Shown here piece by piece: positions 1-11,927 of a stretch of 36,694 nucleotides of DNA (the stretch's first letter is position 1; each line of letters starts with the position of its first letter). The notes below the pieces were generated by a model. It saw only the letters and a list, made by a program, of their open reading frames with translations. It made no database searches and was not told where the DNA came from. Source of the stretch: Dimargaris cristalligena (lineage: Eukaryota); contig ML002373.1 in NCBI GenBank assembly GCA_003614675.1, forward strand, positions 1 through 36,694, given 5' to 3'. A program made the position numbers and the translations under genes.

Positions 1-48
1 ATATATAGCAAATTACTCTGTCCTACTCGACCTTACAGTGCATCATGT

Positions 49-68
49 CCCCCCCCCCCCCCCCCCCC
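49..68. repeat. poly-C tract (20 nt), intronic in GND1
   Basis: Direct read; lies upstream of the acceptor ending at 148. Confidence 0.9.
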
Positions 69-148
69 AAAACTAATAACTAACCATGTAGTTAATCTAC
101 GAACTTCTGGGTTTACCCCACCTTTCTATAAACCACCGGGCTCCTTAG

Positions 149-1946
149 GGCCAAAACCTCATTTTGAATATGAACGACCATGGCTTTGTGGTAAGTTGGT
201 CACCAGTGATGTTGTAGCTCTCGCATATACTTAGTCGCATGGACTATTTTGGTCTGAATCGGTGCCTACCTAGCGGTCCGCCAAGTGGCCGCGGGGATAA
301 GCAATATATCAATATTTCCCCGTAACAGTATATGCTCACCAGCCCCATGGATATATCCACTTATACTACTCCTTGTCATTTTACCCCGTTTCTAGGTCTG
401 TGCGTTCAACCGTACCGTGTCGAAAGTGGACCACTTTTTGACCAACGAAGCCAAGGGTAAGTCGGAATTCTCCCCCGCCCTGGTTGATGCTATTTCTGGT
501 ATTTCTCTTATAGGGAAGATGTATTTATAAGGCTGCATATGGGAATCACATAACTTCCCACGGCAGGACTTGATTTTTTGGGGAAACTAACCACAGTAGT
601 GTGTGATCCGTCGTATATCCACCCCAACTCTTGTACCTCTAGACACCAAGATTGTGGGTGCCCACTCTATCGAAGAACTTTGCCGCAAGCTGAAGCGCCC
701 CCGTAAGGTGATGATGCTGGTCAAGGCCGGTTCCGCCGTTGACGCCTTCATTGACCAACTCCTGCCCTACCTCGAGGCCGGTGATATTATCATCGACGGC
801 GGTAACTCCCACTACCCCGACACCATCCGCCGTACCAAGGAGCTGGAGGCCAAGGGTCTGTTGTTCGTGGGCTGCGGTGTGTCCGGGGGCGAGGAAGGTG
901 CCCGCTACGGCCCCAGCCTTATGCCCGGTGGCTCGCCCGCCGCCTGGCCCCACCTCAAGCCCATTTTCCAGGCCGTTGCGGCCAAGGCCGATGGCGAGCC
1001 CTGCTGTGACTGGGTTGGTGAAACCGGTGCCGGCCACTACGTTAAAATGGTCCACAACGGTATCGAATACGGTGACATGCAGATGATCTGCGAAGCCTAC
1101 CATCTGCTCCGTGACGGTCTGGGCGTCTCGGACGACGAGATCGGTGATATTTTCGACCACTGGAACAAGGGTGAACTCAACTCCTTCTTGATTGAAATTA
1201 CCCGCGACATCATGAAATTCAAGGATACCGATGGTTCTCCTTTGGTCGAAAAGATTCGCGATACCGCTGGACAGAAGGGTACCGGTAAATGGACTGCCGT
1301 ATCATCGCTCGATATGGGGGTTCCCGTCACCCTCATTGGCGAGGCCGTGTTCGCCCGTTGCCTGTCGGCTCTCAAGGACGAGCGGATCCGTGCCAGCAAG
1401 ATCCTGGCCGGCCCCACCAACGTTAAGTTCCAGGGTGACCGTAAACAATTCATCGAGTACCTGGGCCAAGCCCTGTACGCTGCTAAAATTATCTCTTACG
1501 CCCAGGGTTTCATGCTGCTCCGCGAGGCCGCCAAAGAATTCAACTGGCATCTCAACTACGGCGGTATTGCCCTGATGTGGAAGGGCGGTTGCATTATCCG
1601 CAGTGCTTTCCTGGGTGACATCAAACACGCCTACGTCCAGAACCCCAACATCGAGTCCCTCCTCTTCGACCCCTTCTTCCAAACTGCTTTGGGCAAGGCT
1701 CAGGACGGCTGGCGTTACATTGCCTCCAACTCCGTGAACCTCGGCATCCCTACCCCCGCCATCACCACCGCGCTGACCTTCTACGACGGGTACCGTACCG
1801 AGCGCTTGCCGGCTAACTTACTGCAGGCCCAGCGGGATTACTTCGGGGCCCATACTTACGAACTACTGGATGAGCCCGGTAAATACGTACACACCAACTG
1901 GACTGGCCGTGGTGGTAATGTGACCAGCGGCACCTACGAAGCCTAA
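149..1946 (+). CDS. GND1: 6-phosphogluconate dehydrogenase (decarboxylating), 5' end lies outside the window; exons 149-190, 396-456, 643-1946
   Basis: Spliced translation GQNLILNMNDHGFV|VCAFNRTVSKVDHFLTNEAK|DTKIVGAHS...; motifs LVKAG, IIIDGGNS, GVSGGEEGA, KMVHNGIEYGDMQ, IRDTAGQKGTGKWT, QAQRDYFGAHTY. GTAAGT donors at 191 and 457, TAG acceptors ending 148, 395, 642. The N-terminal IGLIGLAVM exon is not in the window. Confidence 0.97.
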
Positions 1947-3269
1947 GCGCAGATTCATCCATGTTCCTTCCCTTATTTTGAGCACCCTTTTATTCGGCTC
2001 TCTAACTCAGTCGATTGCACACCAACATATTATACTGGTACATTCTATCCAAATTGGTTACATGCGTTGTCTCCGTCTAACGGGCTAACCCAAATCTGAC
2101 TCATTTTATAAATAAAGTGATTTTGATGTAACTCTTTTGCCACCAATGCTTGTGTTTGTGCTGAGTATTATGCGAGTGAAATTCGGGCCAGCTGTATAAG
2201 GGTTTAAATGGTATGCGTATAAGATAGTAGGCGGGAGATTTAGTTTAAACCAGCGGCATTTGTCTCACCCAATGGGTTTTTCATTATACAGCCCAGTTGA
2301 ACTCCCATATTAATTCCGGTGCGCCATCAGCTGTGAACTTGAGAATATAAATACACAAATTTTCAATGGACCAGCTTCAAAATGCCAGCGGACGATTAGG
2401 TAATCCAATTGTAAAGTAAAGACTAGCAACATTTCTTACCCTCCCACACACATACCGCTTCCCTTCTTTTTATGGAATCGATATTGAAAGCAGGAGGAGG
2501 AGGAGGGCATGGTATAATACCACCCAACTAAATGAACAGAGACCATCATCATTGGCGGACTGTATGAGTAATAGTGGTGTTATTTGGAAATGATACACAG
2601 ATAAGCACAACAAAAGTGACTGGCAACAATACCAATCTAATATTATAAAATATAGAGTGCGGTTTGAGGGCAGCGGTCAGATGGATGCCCAAAAATTATT
2701 CAAGTAATCTAGTCGCAGTAGGGTTTGATCAGGGTAATAAAATAGTAAATAGTGGCATACATATGTAGTGTGTATAGAAGGGGGAAATGAGGTTAAGGAG
2801 AGTGGGGTGAATAGAAAAGGGTGGGCAAATGGTACTAAGAGTGGGCGGAGTTGCTGTTATTTGATTTGTTGGTGGATGAGCCGGAAATAGAGAAAGTGTG
2901 GTAAAACTATCCATAATTTAAAGAGGTAGTGGACTATAGTGCCGTATTTAGTGACGCTAAAGTGCGCATCAGTGATGAGTGTCTGTTTCGCTGAATAGGT
3001 TACCTGTTGGCTGGGATTGGGCGTAAAACGGCGTACCAGCCAAGGTGCACCTTTCCCTCTTTCCGATTTTTACAATGATATATATTCTACGCTACATATC
3101 CTTGCATAGCCAACCATGCAGTATTAAAGTGTATATATATTCGCCCTCCTTTATCAGCAATTAATATTTAATGGCAGCCTCTGCCACACACCACCATTGA
3201 ATCGAAAGTAACGTCAATACTGCAGGTCATTTCATCGGTCTGTCGTACTGTGGGCAACTCGACCTTCAG

Positions 3270-3277
3270 TGACGTCA
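3270..3277. promoter_or_regulatory. perfect CRE/ATF palindrome TGACGTCA about 410 bp upstream of the EamA gene
   Basis: Exact motif seen, with a near-match TAACGTCA at 3209-3216. Function is inferred only. Confidence 0.3.
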
Positions 3278-3682
3278 AATCCTCCTCTTCTTCTCCTACC
3301 ATTATAGTGCAGTTGGTTTTCAAAGGGAGATGGCTTTAGGAAGAGAGGAAGGCGAAAATCGCCTCCAACTATTATACCTTTTATTTTACCTACCCTATTA
3401 TTGAACTATCCCGGTTTATCTTTTTACATTTTTATTATTATTAATTTTTTCACTTTGCTTTCGGTTAAGCATTGTTATTGCCTTGAAGTCTACTATCTTA
3501 GTCGCATACTACCGCCATCGGCTCGATTCCCCTTCTACTTACATTAGACCATTACGCCTACCACCAACAATCCCCACCGACGCACCGTATTCTTCATTGA
3601 ACCAACAACGAATATATATATATATAGTTTGGTCCAGTGTAACACACGCATACATTTATATATATATCTTCCACCCCCCGAT

Positions 3683-4960
3683 ATGGACAGCTCGACCCGC
3701 GTGCAAACCTCCGTGGGGGTTGTCCCCGTGAGCGAAATTCGGGAGACCACCTCTCTCCTTCCGTCGGGGACCAGCGTAGTGGGCGAATCCCTGGACCGCC
3801 TGGGACTTTTGCACCACAACCGCCGTCGGGAAACCGTCGGGCTGGGGCTGATGGCCCTATCGGCCCTCGGCTTCAGCGCCATGTCCCTCTTCGTGAAGTG
3901 GTCGGGGGCGACTTTCCCAACCCTCGAGATCGTCTTCGCCCGTAGTATTTGGCAGCTCACTCTGGCCCTCCTGTGGTGTCTGTACCTCCGTCAGAACCCC
4001 CTGGGCCCGGCGCGGATGCGCGGGTGGTTGCTGCTGCGGGGTACGTCCGGGACTTTAGGTTTGGCCTGTTTCTTCTATGGGTTGACTCACCTTCCCTTGG
4101 CCGATGCGACGGGTAAGTTCGATCATGAGGAAATATACTATATTTTTTTGCTACAGTGGTAACAAGGAGTAGCCCACTCTATGAATCATATATGGCTTAT
4201 TATGGACCCCGCCCCGGGGTCAAAGGGTTACTTACTATGTAGGGATATTTGCCGCGAAAACTCTTTCGCTCATCCTGACGGTCTATTAACTAACCAAACG
4301 GCCTACAACTCGGCGGTTATTACTATTTTGCCGATTCATATACCTATAGTCATTTTCTTTACGGGACCGGTATTCACCGCCATTCTTGCGCACGTAGCTC
4401 TCAACGAAACGTTTACCCGCGTGGACAAGATCGCTTCGGGGTTATGCCTGCTGGGTATCGTATTGGTCGCCAAGCCCTCCTTTATCTTCGGAATTGGTCA
4501 CGCGGCCGATGACCTGCTCTTCGGCAGGCTGCTAGCGGTCTGTTTAACCCTCCTGGGCGCGGCCCTGAGTGCCGTGGGCTACGTGATTGTACGTAAAGTC
4601 GGGGGTCAGGTGCATTTCCTGACCCATGTGATCTATTTCGGCGGGCTTAGTACCGTGTTCGCGGCCGTCGGTATGCTCAGCGGAGGCCCGGGAGCGTTCG
4701 TTTGGCCCCGCGGCCTCGAGGAATACGGTCTGCTTACGGCGGTTGGCATGGCCGCGTTCGTCGGCCAAGTGTTCCTTAATAAAGGCTTGCAACTGTGCCG
4801 GGCCGGACCGGCCACGCTGATGCGGAACTTGGACGTGGTATTCGCCTTCATCTTCGGCATCACTATTTTTCACGAGATTCCGGATGTCCTGTCCATTACG
4901 GGGGCCCTCATTATCGTGACCTGTACCGTGGGCATGGGTCTAAAGAAATGGCTTAACTAG
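3683..4960 (+). CDS. EamA/DMT-superfamily membrane transporter (SLC35G / yeast YMR253C-like), about 346 aa; exons 3683-4112, 4350-4960
   Basis: Splicing GTAAGT(4113)..TAG(4349) joins LPLADAT|VIFFTGPVFTAILAHVALNE; two EamA repeats (EIVFARS, LLLRG..G, GQVFLNKGLQ, DVVFAFIFG...FHEIP...ITGALII); about 10 hydrophobic segments. Confidence 0.9.
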
Positions 4961-5839
4961 AGGACCCCCGACTTGTTTTGTTTTTTCGACTAACCGTAAG
5001 TTACAATAAATATAATCCACTACATTATGTACTGTCAATTGGGATGAGGGCGCGCCCTTCTCAATTACCCCCGCTGGAATCATAATGGGGGGGGGGCAAT
5101 GATGCATTTATCCGCTATTCAATTGGCTTATTGACGTGTTGGCTTTGTGTTACAATATCGATAAGGACTTACACCTGGTTCTAACGCCATTGATTGATTG
5201 AGCGAAGGGGGGGGGGGTGGTTGGCGTTGAACTTAAAGCCGGCATTTTTTAGGATGGCCAATCTATTTCCTATTTAACCCGAGGGTTATATGTTTGTAAC
5301 ACCGGCTAAACTAGTATTTTTTTATATAAAAAATGTACTCGTCAGACCAGTGAGAAGACTCTCTCAGTCCTTGACAATTCTTACACTGTATTGGCAGAAA
5401 TGGCATTGTTGGAAATAAATTAATTGATGAAGCCTTTGAATAAACTCGGTGGGCTGTGTCCCCCCCTATCACTACGTGGCCGAGCGGCTCCATCAAGTAG
5501 CGAGGATCCCTCGGTGCGCCATCTTTGACAGTGGGGAGATTTTTCTTCGACATGCATGGTGATTAACCTGGCCATATGTTCTTGGGACTGTTGACGATAA
5601 AGTTGACGATGACGACTACTTTTCCGATGTGTGTGGGTGTGGTTGATGGACCTCGCGAAGGTATAGTTGGAGTGTTGGAGGGGGCCATTCCTCCCAGCAT
5701 TGAATTTTTTAACCCTTTGGAAACGTACTCCAATAAATTAGCTGCTGGGAAGGACGGTGGTAGTATTTCATTGGGGGGTCAGTTTTTCCGAATACATGTG
5801 CCTAAGATTGCGTAGTCCAGTCGTAGAAGGTTGGAAGGG

Positions 5840-5854
5840 GTGTGTGTGTGTGTG
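5840..5854. repeat. (GT)n microsatellite
   Basis: Direct read, about 7 units. Confidence 0.8.
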
Positions 5855-7192
5855 AGGTAGGTAAACTTGCGAACCAGAATGGTTTTGGACACTCCGATAT
5901 TGGCCAGGCATGTGGCTGACGCTAACCCCCCCCTCCCTCATTCCTCCATATTCAGGGCCAAAGAGATATCTCCATCTACACAAAGGCGGTAGGGTATTCT
6001 ACCCAAGTTTAATTAGTGATTGGGTGGCGATATTCAAGCGCCGATGAATGTGGCCAGGGAGGGGGGGGCTACATCAGAAACAATTGGAGTGAATTTGGGT
6101 CTACCTACAGTTGGCCACGTTACCTTCTCTCAAGGGTTTCGTTAAGTTCCTTGCCAAGCACAACCCTCCCTGCCTGGATCCTCCAAGTTTCTGGGCATAT
6201 CCCGCACAATGGCCGCCAACAGACAACGTGGACTAGAACTAACAATTACCGCCGTCGATAAAGAAGACCTAGCGGGAAGCTGATGCCTGGGGAGAAGAGG
6301 GGTTTGGTTTCTAAATAGAACGAGAAGAAAAATGCCTCGCGTGCAGCTGACAGGATACTAGAAAATCGAACAGAGCTCCTAGTGATGGTGAAATGGGGAG
6401 AGAAAGAGAGGGAGGGGCTTGCTCATTCTCGGCGTCGAAACGTACGCCGCTTAACGCCTGGACTTTTTCCCCGTCCTCTTTCTTGGCACGGCGCATACAT
6501 ATAGCATATACCGTAAATAACGCATATAACTAGCGAAGGCGGTTTATATGCGCGGGGGGCTGGTCCTTTTATAATAATAATGGTAGTAGTAGTTTTTTCT
6601 CCTTTAAAAGTTCCTTGTTCTATTCCAGTCCAGTCCCTCCTTTTATTGGAAAGGTTTCTCTTCCGGCCCCCACGCCCTTAATAACCGTGTTGCATTCCCC
6701 CCAAGCTCTCTCTTTCTTCCTTTCTCCAAGTTTTCTTACCCCGGTTCTACTTGCCCCACCCACCCAGTGTCTCTCTGTTATAGTACTTATTATCCAACCA
6801 GCCCATTCGCCAACTCCCGCCGTCTCTCTCTCTCTTTCCTTTTCCCACCCGCCTTACTTACCCGTCATCCGCCCTCACCACATTCCTAGCCAGTGCGAGC
6901 ATATCCCTCCTCCTTCTCTTTCCTCCCCTTTAACTCCTTCTTCATCGCCGTGTTTTCCCTTTCTACCCTTTTCACCTACTCACCCGCCGTCGGCCCGTTT
7001 TGCTGTAACCACAACTGCATCTACAGCGACCGCCACTCACTCTTCCTTTGCCCCACCCCAGCGCCGCAAGAAGAGTCCTCCTCTCCTCGTCTTCCGATAT
7101 CAATCCGGTTCGGCTTGGTCTTCATATTTCCCTTTATACCCTATTTCTGAAACCCCCCGTGTTTAGGCACCCGTGCATATTCGTCATTCGCC

Positions 7193-10100
7193 ATGGAGCA
7201 CGCCGCCAGAGGGATGATGCGGACGGTGTAAGTACCGCTATATATCCATTTCCTCCCTGTTCAGTATATCTTCGATACGCAGAGTTGGTTGAGTGTAGAG
7301 AGCCTCCTCCCTCCCCTTCTTCTTATTCGGCACCTGGCTATACTACCTACTCAATGATACAGCCATGTCCATAGAGGAGGGAATATTCGACGTTTCACAG
7401 CCACTCGACCTTTTGTCCGTATTCTAACTTGAACTGTATTTGGTACTGTCGGATCCATCTTTTGTCCTCTTCATCGACGTCATGCGCCACTCCCCCTCCC
7501 CAACCTACCAATCAATAGGAAGAACTACACGAAGGGCTACACCGAAATCCAAATGAAAGTCCGCAATGCCACTTCGAACGACCCCTGGGGTCCGTCCGGA
7601 ACCCAAATGGCCGAAATCGCGGAAGCCACCAACAATAAGTAAGTTCCAGGTCTTTTTAACCGATCTTATCATGTATACTCCCCCGTGAAACATGTATCAC
7701 TATCAGTCGGTTCTTGGCCTTATGCGTCGCAATGCTGTAGTCACATTCCTTCTGGCCCACCCATTCTAACCACTGCATACTGCTTGTTATATTACCATTC
7801 CTCTGACCATTCCAGTCACGATTTTATTGAGATTATGGATATTTTAGATAAGCGACTCAATGACAAAGGCAAGAACTGGCGCCACGTCTTTAAGGTAGGT
7901 AACCGGGTCAATACTATACCGGACTTACCATGTACACTTCACCCCTCCCCAAACTAGTGCAATCGAATCGACCCCCTCACCTAACCCATATTGTACTTTA
8001 TGAATCCCCCCCCCCCTGATGATCAATTGACTTGACCTCTAACCCCCCCATGTAGGCTCTGGTCCTACTGGATTACTGTATCCAATGCGGGTCAGATAAT
8101 GTGGCCAATTACGCCAGTCAAAATCTATACATCGTCAAAACCCTCAAGGAATTCCAACACAAGGATGAGAGTGGCAAGGATCAGGGTGCTAATGTCCGCC
8201 AGAAGGCCAAGGAAATCACTACCCTGTTGGAAGACGAAGAACGTCTTCGTGAGGCCCGCAGTAACCGTTCCCAGCTGAAGAACCGCATGAAGGGACGTGG
8301 TAATAACTATGACCTAGACGGTGGCGCTTCGCCAGCCTCCACTTCTTCCTACCCCCGCAATCGCCCCCACCGACCATCGGGCTACAGCCGGGACAACGCC
8401 AGTGAAGGGGATGCGTCGGAGTGGAATGACGAAGACCGGGACTTGCGAAAGGCCATCGAAGAGAGTAAACGTCTGGCCGATGAGCAGGAGCGCTCTCGTA
8501 GAGAAAGGTACGTATTGCCTGTAGTGGTCTTCTTCCCCTTCCCCTTTGCTTTTTGTCCGCTTCTTCTATCCAAAAACTCCCAGCTCTGGCTTTTCTTTGA
8601 TATACCGCTTTCAATATCCAGTGCTTTTCTAATCACTTATTGGTATGCATTAATTATTTTTACATTAATCATAGTGACGACCAACTCCGCAAAGCCATCG
8701 AAGAAAGTGAGCGCACGAGTAAGACTCATTCTGACGACGCAATTCATCAGAACGAACTTATTTTGACCCAAGATTACGACGACCAGTTTAACCCAGGCGC
8801 ATTGGTGCTTCACCAGCAGCAACAGCAGCCTCAGCAGTCGGTCGGTCAGTTCGGTGCATTTGACTCCCTTATTGACACCTCCGACAACACCTACCAAAAT
8901 CAGGCGCAGTTCCAGCAACAACAGATCCAATACCAACAGGGCCAATCGGACCTCCTTGGTGGCTTCCAGACACAGAACTACACCGCCCAAGACGCAGCAA
9001 CCCAGCAATTCTTTGGTCAAGGGGACCAGTCGCTAGCCTTCCAACAGCACCACCATCAGCAGCAGCAGCAGCAGTCACTAATGTATCAATCCGGCTCCTC
9101 CACCCTCGGTCAAAATAATCCATTTGCCCAGGCCATGTCGACCAACTCTTCTACGCACCAGCAGTTCCAACAGGGCCAGCAGTACTCCCCCCAGTTTCAG
9201 ACGTCGCACTCGACCCATGACCAGTCGTCCTTTTTCAACCAAACCGGGTCCAACTACGCCAGTCCCGCTGGCGACCTACTCGGTGGTGGCGGAATCGGAG
9301 GTGGCGTTGGCGACGGCGCCCTAGTTCCCACTTCCGCGTCTTTCTCTACACCGACGGGCAACACTGGTTTTTCCCCCAGTATGAACACAGCTTTCGATGG
9401 TGGAAACCAAGCCAAGGCGCTTCCCTACCAGAATAGTACCACCCCGAACGCCATGATTGCCGAAATCGCCCGCAATAGCAATCAAATCGACCCGTTCGCC
9501 AGCCTCGCTACCGCGCGGGCCGGGGCTACGTCGTCGGCCTCCTCGCCTATGGCCTCCGGAACGGCCAACCCCTTCTTCCAGACTACCAGGGCACCCGGTG
9601 GTGGAGCCCTGGTGCCCTCCTCCAATAATATTAACCATCATAATTTTGATCTGCTAGGGGGCGGTAGTAGCATGGCAACCACCCAGTCCACTACTCCATT
9701 TGCGTCGTTTAATACCAGTGCCCAGCCATCGGCCACGGGGTCCTTGATTGACATCAGCGCTACATCCCTAGCCAATTCCAGTGGCCTGACCCGGTCGGCG
9801 TCCCCTTCTGCGGGCTTCGGCGCTAGTGCTAACAAAAATCCCTTTGCTGCAGCGGGTACAATGGCCCAGCTGCCCGGTAGTAAGAGTGGCAAACCTTCCT
9901 TAAACGACTTGATGATGCAGCGGTCTAATTCGGCCGGGGGTGGAATCGGCTCGTCGTCTCCGTTATTGGCCCAGACTCTCAACCGGAGTATGGTACAGAA
10001 TGTGTCTTACTCGTCCTCCAACCTGCTCCAAGGTGGGGTGAGTGGTACGATGGCCGCCGCACCCGTCTCCGCTCCTTCGTCAACGTTTAACAGTTTCGGT

Positions 10101-10409
10101 TACCACAATCCCATGAATTCGGCGGGCGGTGGTATGAGTCCCATGGGGGGCGGTGCCCCATCGGGCTCGCCGTTTGCGTCGACTATGGGAGCTAATAACA
10201 TGTTTGGTGGTAGTGGTGGTGGAGCAGCAGGAATGAATCCAGCACAGGGCACTGCCGATGGCAGTGGTATTCAGTCAATGAATTTCTTCACGCCCACGTC
10301 GACTGGCGGCAATAGTGGGTCCGCCAATCCGTTTGGTATGGCTGGCGGATCTGGCCAACCAACTTTCCAGTCGAATGCCAATAACGCCAACTTGTTTGGT
10401 CAATTTTAA
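7193..10409 (+). CDS. ENT1: Epsin (ENTH domain, 2 UIMs, Q-rich region, NPF motifs), about 806 aa; exons 7193-7227, 7519-7638, 7816-7894, 8056-8507, 8675-10409
   Basis: Spliced ENTH domain MMRTVKNYTKGYTEIQMKVRNATSNDPWGPSG...[25 protein letters not shown]...DQGANVRQKAKEI; UIMs DRDLRKAIEESKR and DDQLRKAIEESER; four NPF and one DPF motif. All four introns are GT..AG with consistent phase. ENT1 versus ENT2 cannot be distinguished. Confidence 0.93.
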
Positions 10410-11927
10410 AGGGCGTGATGCTTCCTTTATTTTTACCAAACCATGTCCTATCTCCATTTTTATACAACACCACTGCCAATGCCTACTCCTATCTTTTTCT
10501 TTGCACCCCCCCTTCCTGTTCCCATACCATTTTGATGATTGCATCTATCCTTTGGTCTTCCTGCCATCATATTCGCCTCCATTATACCCCCTTTTTTCCC
10601 TCGGCCATGTAATGATGGGTTCTTAATCTCCCGTGTAAGGATCTGTTGACTACCTTTACTACCCCCTCAGGCCCGCTAATCTATTTTTTAGCCCTCCCCT
10701 ATTTCGAGTATTTTGATTTTTTGCTATGTGTCTCAAATCAAATACTTACTAGGATTAATACTGTATGGTTAGTTACTCTTATTTTACTTCTATGTTTAAT
10801 TCATAATTTGACCTCAACGCCCCTTCTCAACTCTAATATCCATAGCCCCTTTCCCCCCGTGTCTTCCTTTGCTATTATGAAATAGGAACGGCAGAATAGG
10901 GAATTAAAGGGGGAGCGGGATGTTATTCTAAAGAGGTAATTCCCCTTTCCTTTCCTATTACGAAGTAAATACTCCTCTCTCATATCACCTACCTTTCCCC
11001 ACTTTACTATGTGGCTACCATGTCATTCCTTTTACTTTATTTTATTTTAATACCAGAGACGAGATATGAAGGCCCTTTTCGTCTTTGCATATCCACCTCG
11101 CACTTTTTGGAATCTTATAATTGTTATTCTTTCGGGAATCAGGATACCCATTTAGTATAGCCTATAGTTTACGTATATATAAATAAACTCATGTATACAG
11201 TTTAAAGGTTTTTCGTATTTTAAAAGTATCCCTGGTCAGGAATTTTTAGCATACCCCCCCCTCCCTCTTATCTGATGAGGCGTGACTCCCCACCTCCTGC
11301 TTCCTTCTACGTTCTCCCCTGCCTGGACTTTTTCCAACAGGCATGCATAATTTCTTGGCATTTCCTACAGTGCATTCTACCAGTATACCACTCATTCCTT
11401 TCCATTACTCCTTAATGGGTTTGGGTTGGCCGCCCCATCCATTATATTTGTCTTGCCTAATACTGATTAGAGGGATAAGATGTAGAGGCGTATATATCAA
11501 CAACTCCTTCGGGTGGTAGGTTCAATGTCACTACCCGATTTTAAATGTGTTGTTGATGTACGTTAAGTGGCAGACCCAAATATATACTTCAATTACAGAG
11601 AGAGGATGTGCATAGGATCGAAATAGGATGAACGAAGGGCGAGAGAAGGAAAGGGAGAGAGAGAGGTACTGATTTGTATATGTCGAATGGGAGGAGAAGG
11701 GGGTATAATAGAGTACTTAGAAGGACAACTATATGAAAGTGGGGGTAATATAGAGGAATAGTAGAGGGAGGACTTCTATAGAATAAAATCATAGGTATAT
11801 TATATCATCCATTACGATGAATAGGATGGAATAATGGATGAAGACAGGTGGGGTACAAAGAAGAGGCCTAGTAATAATAATATTAATAATAAAACTGGTG
11901 GATGTAGGAGGTCGCACGCGGCCCGAT

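Noticed and set aside
198..266. Possible intronic C/D snoRNA in GND1 intron (GTGATGT ... CTGA with short terminal stem)
   Set aside because: Imperfect C box, short C-D spacing and no rRNA-complementary guide I can identify.
639..1682. Antisense and alternative-frame ORFs over GND1, and likewise over EamA, epsin, MFS, Sec14 and the GPCRs
   Set aside because: Shadow ORFs expected from GC-rich third positions; no independent motifs.
5311..5815. Short protein-like ORFs between EamA and epsin
   Set aside because: No recognisable domain and no consistent exon chain on either strand.
6615..7166. 183-codon Pro/Ser-rich ORF upstream of epsin
   Set aside because: TTG start; simply the translation of a C/T-rich 5' leader.
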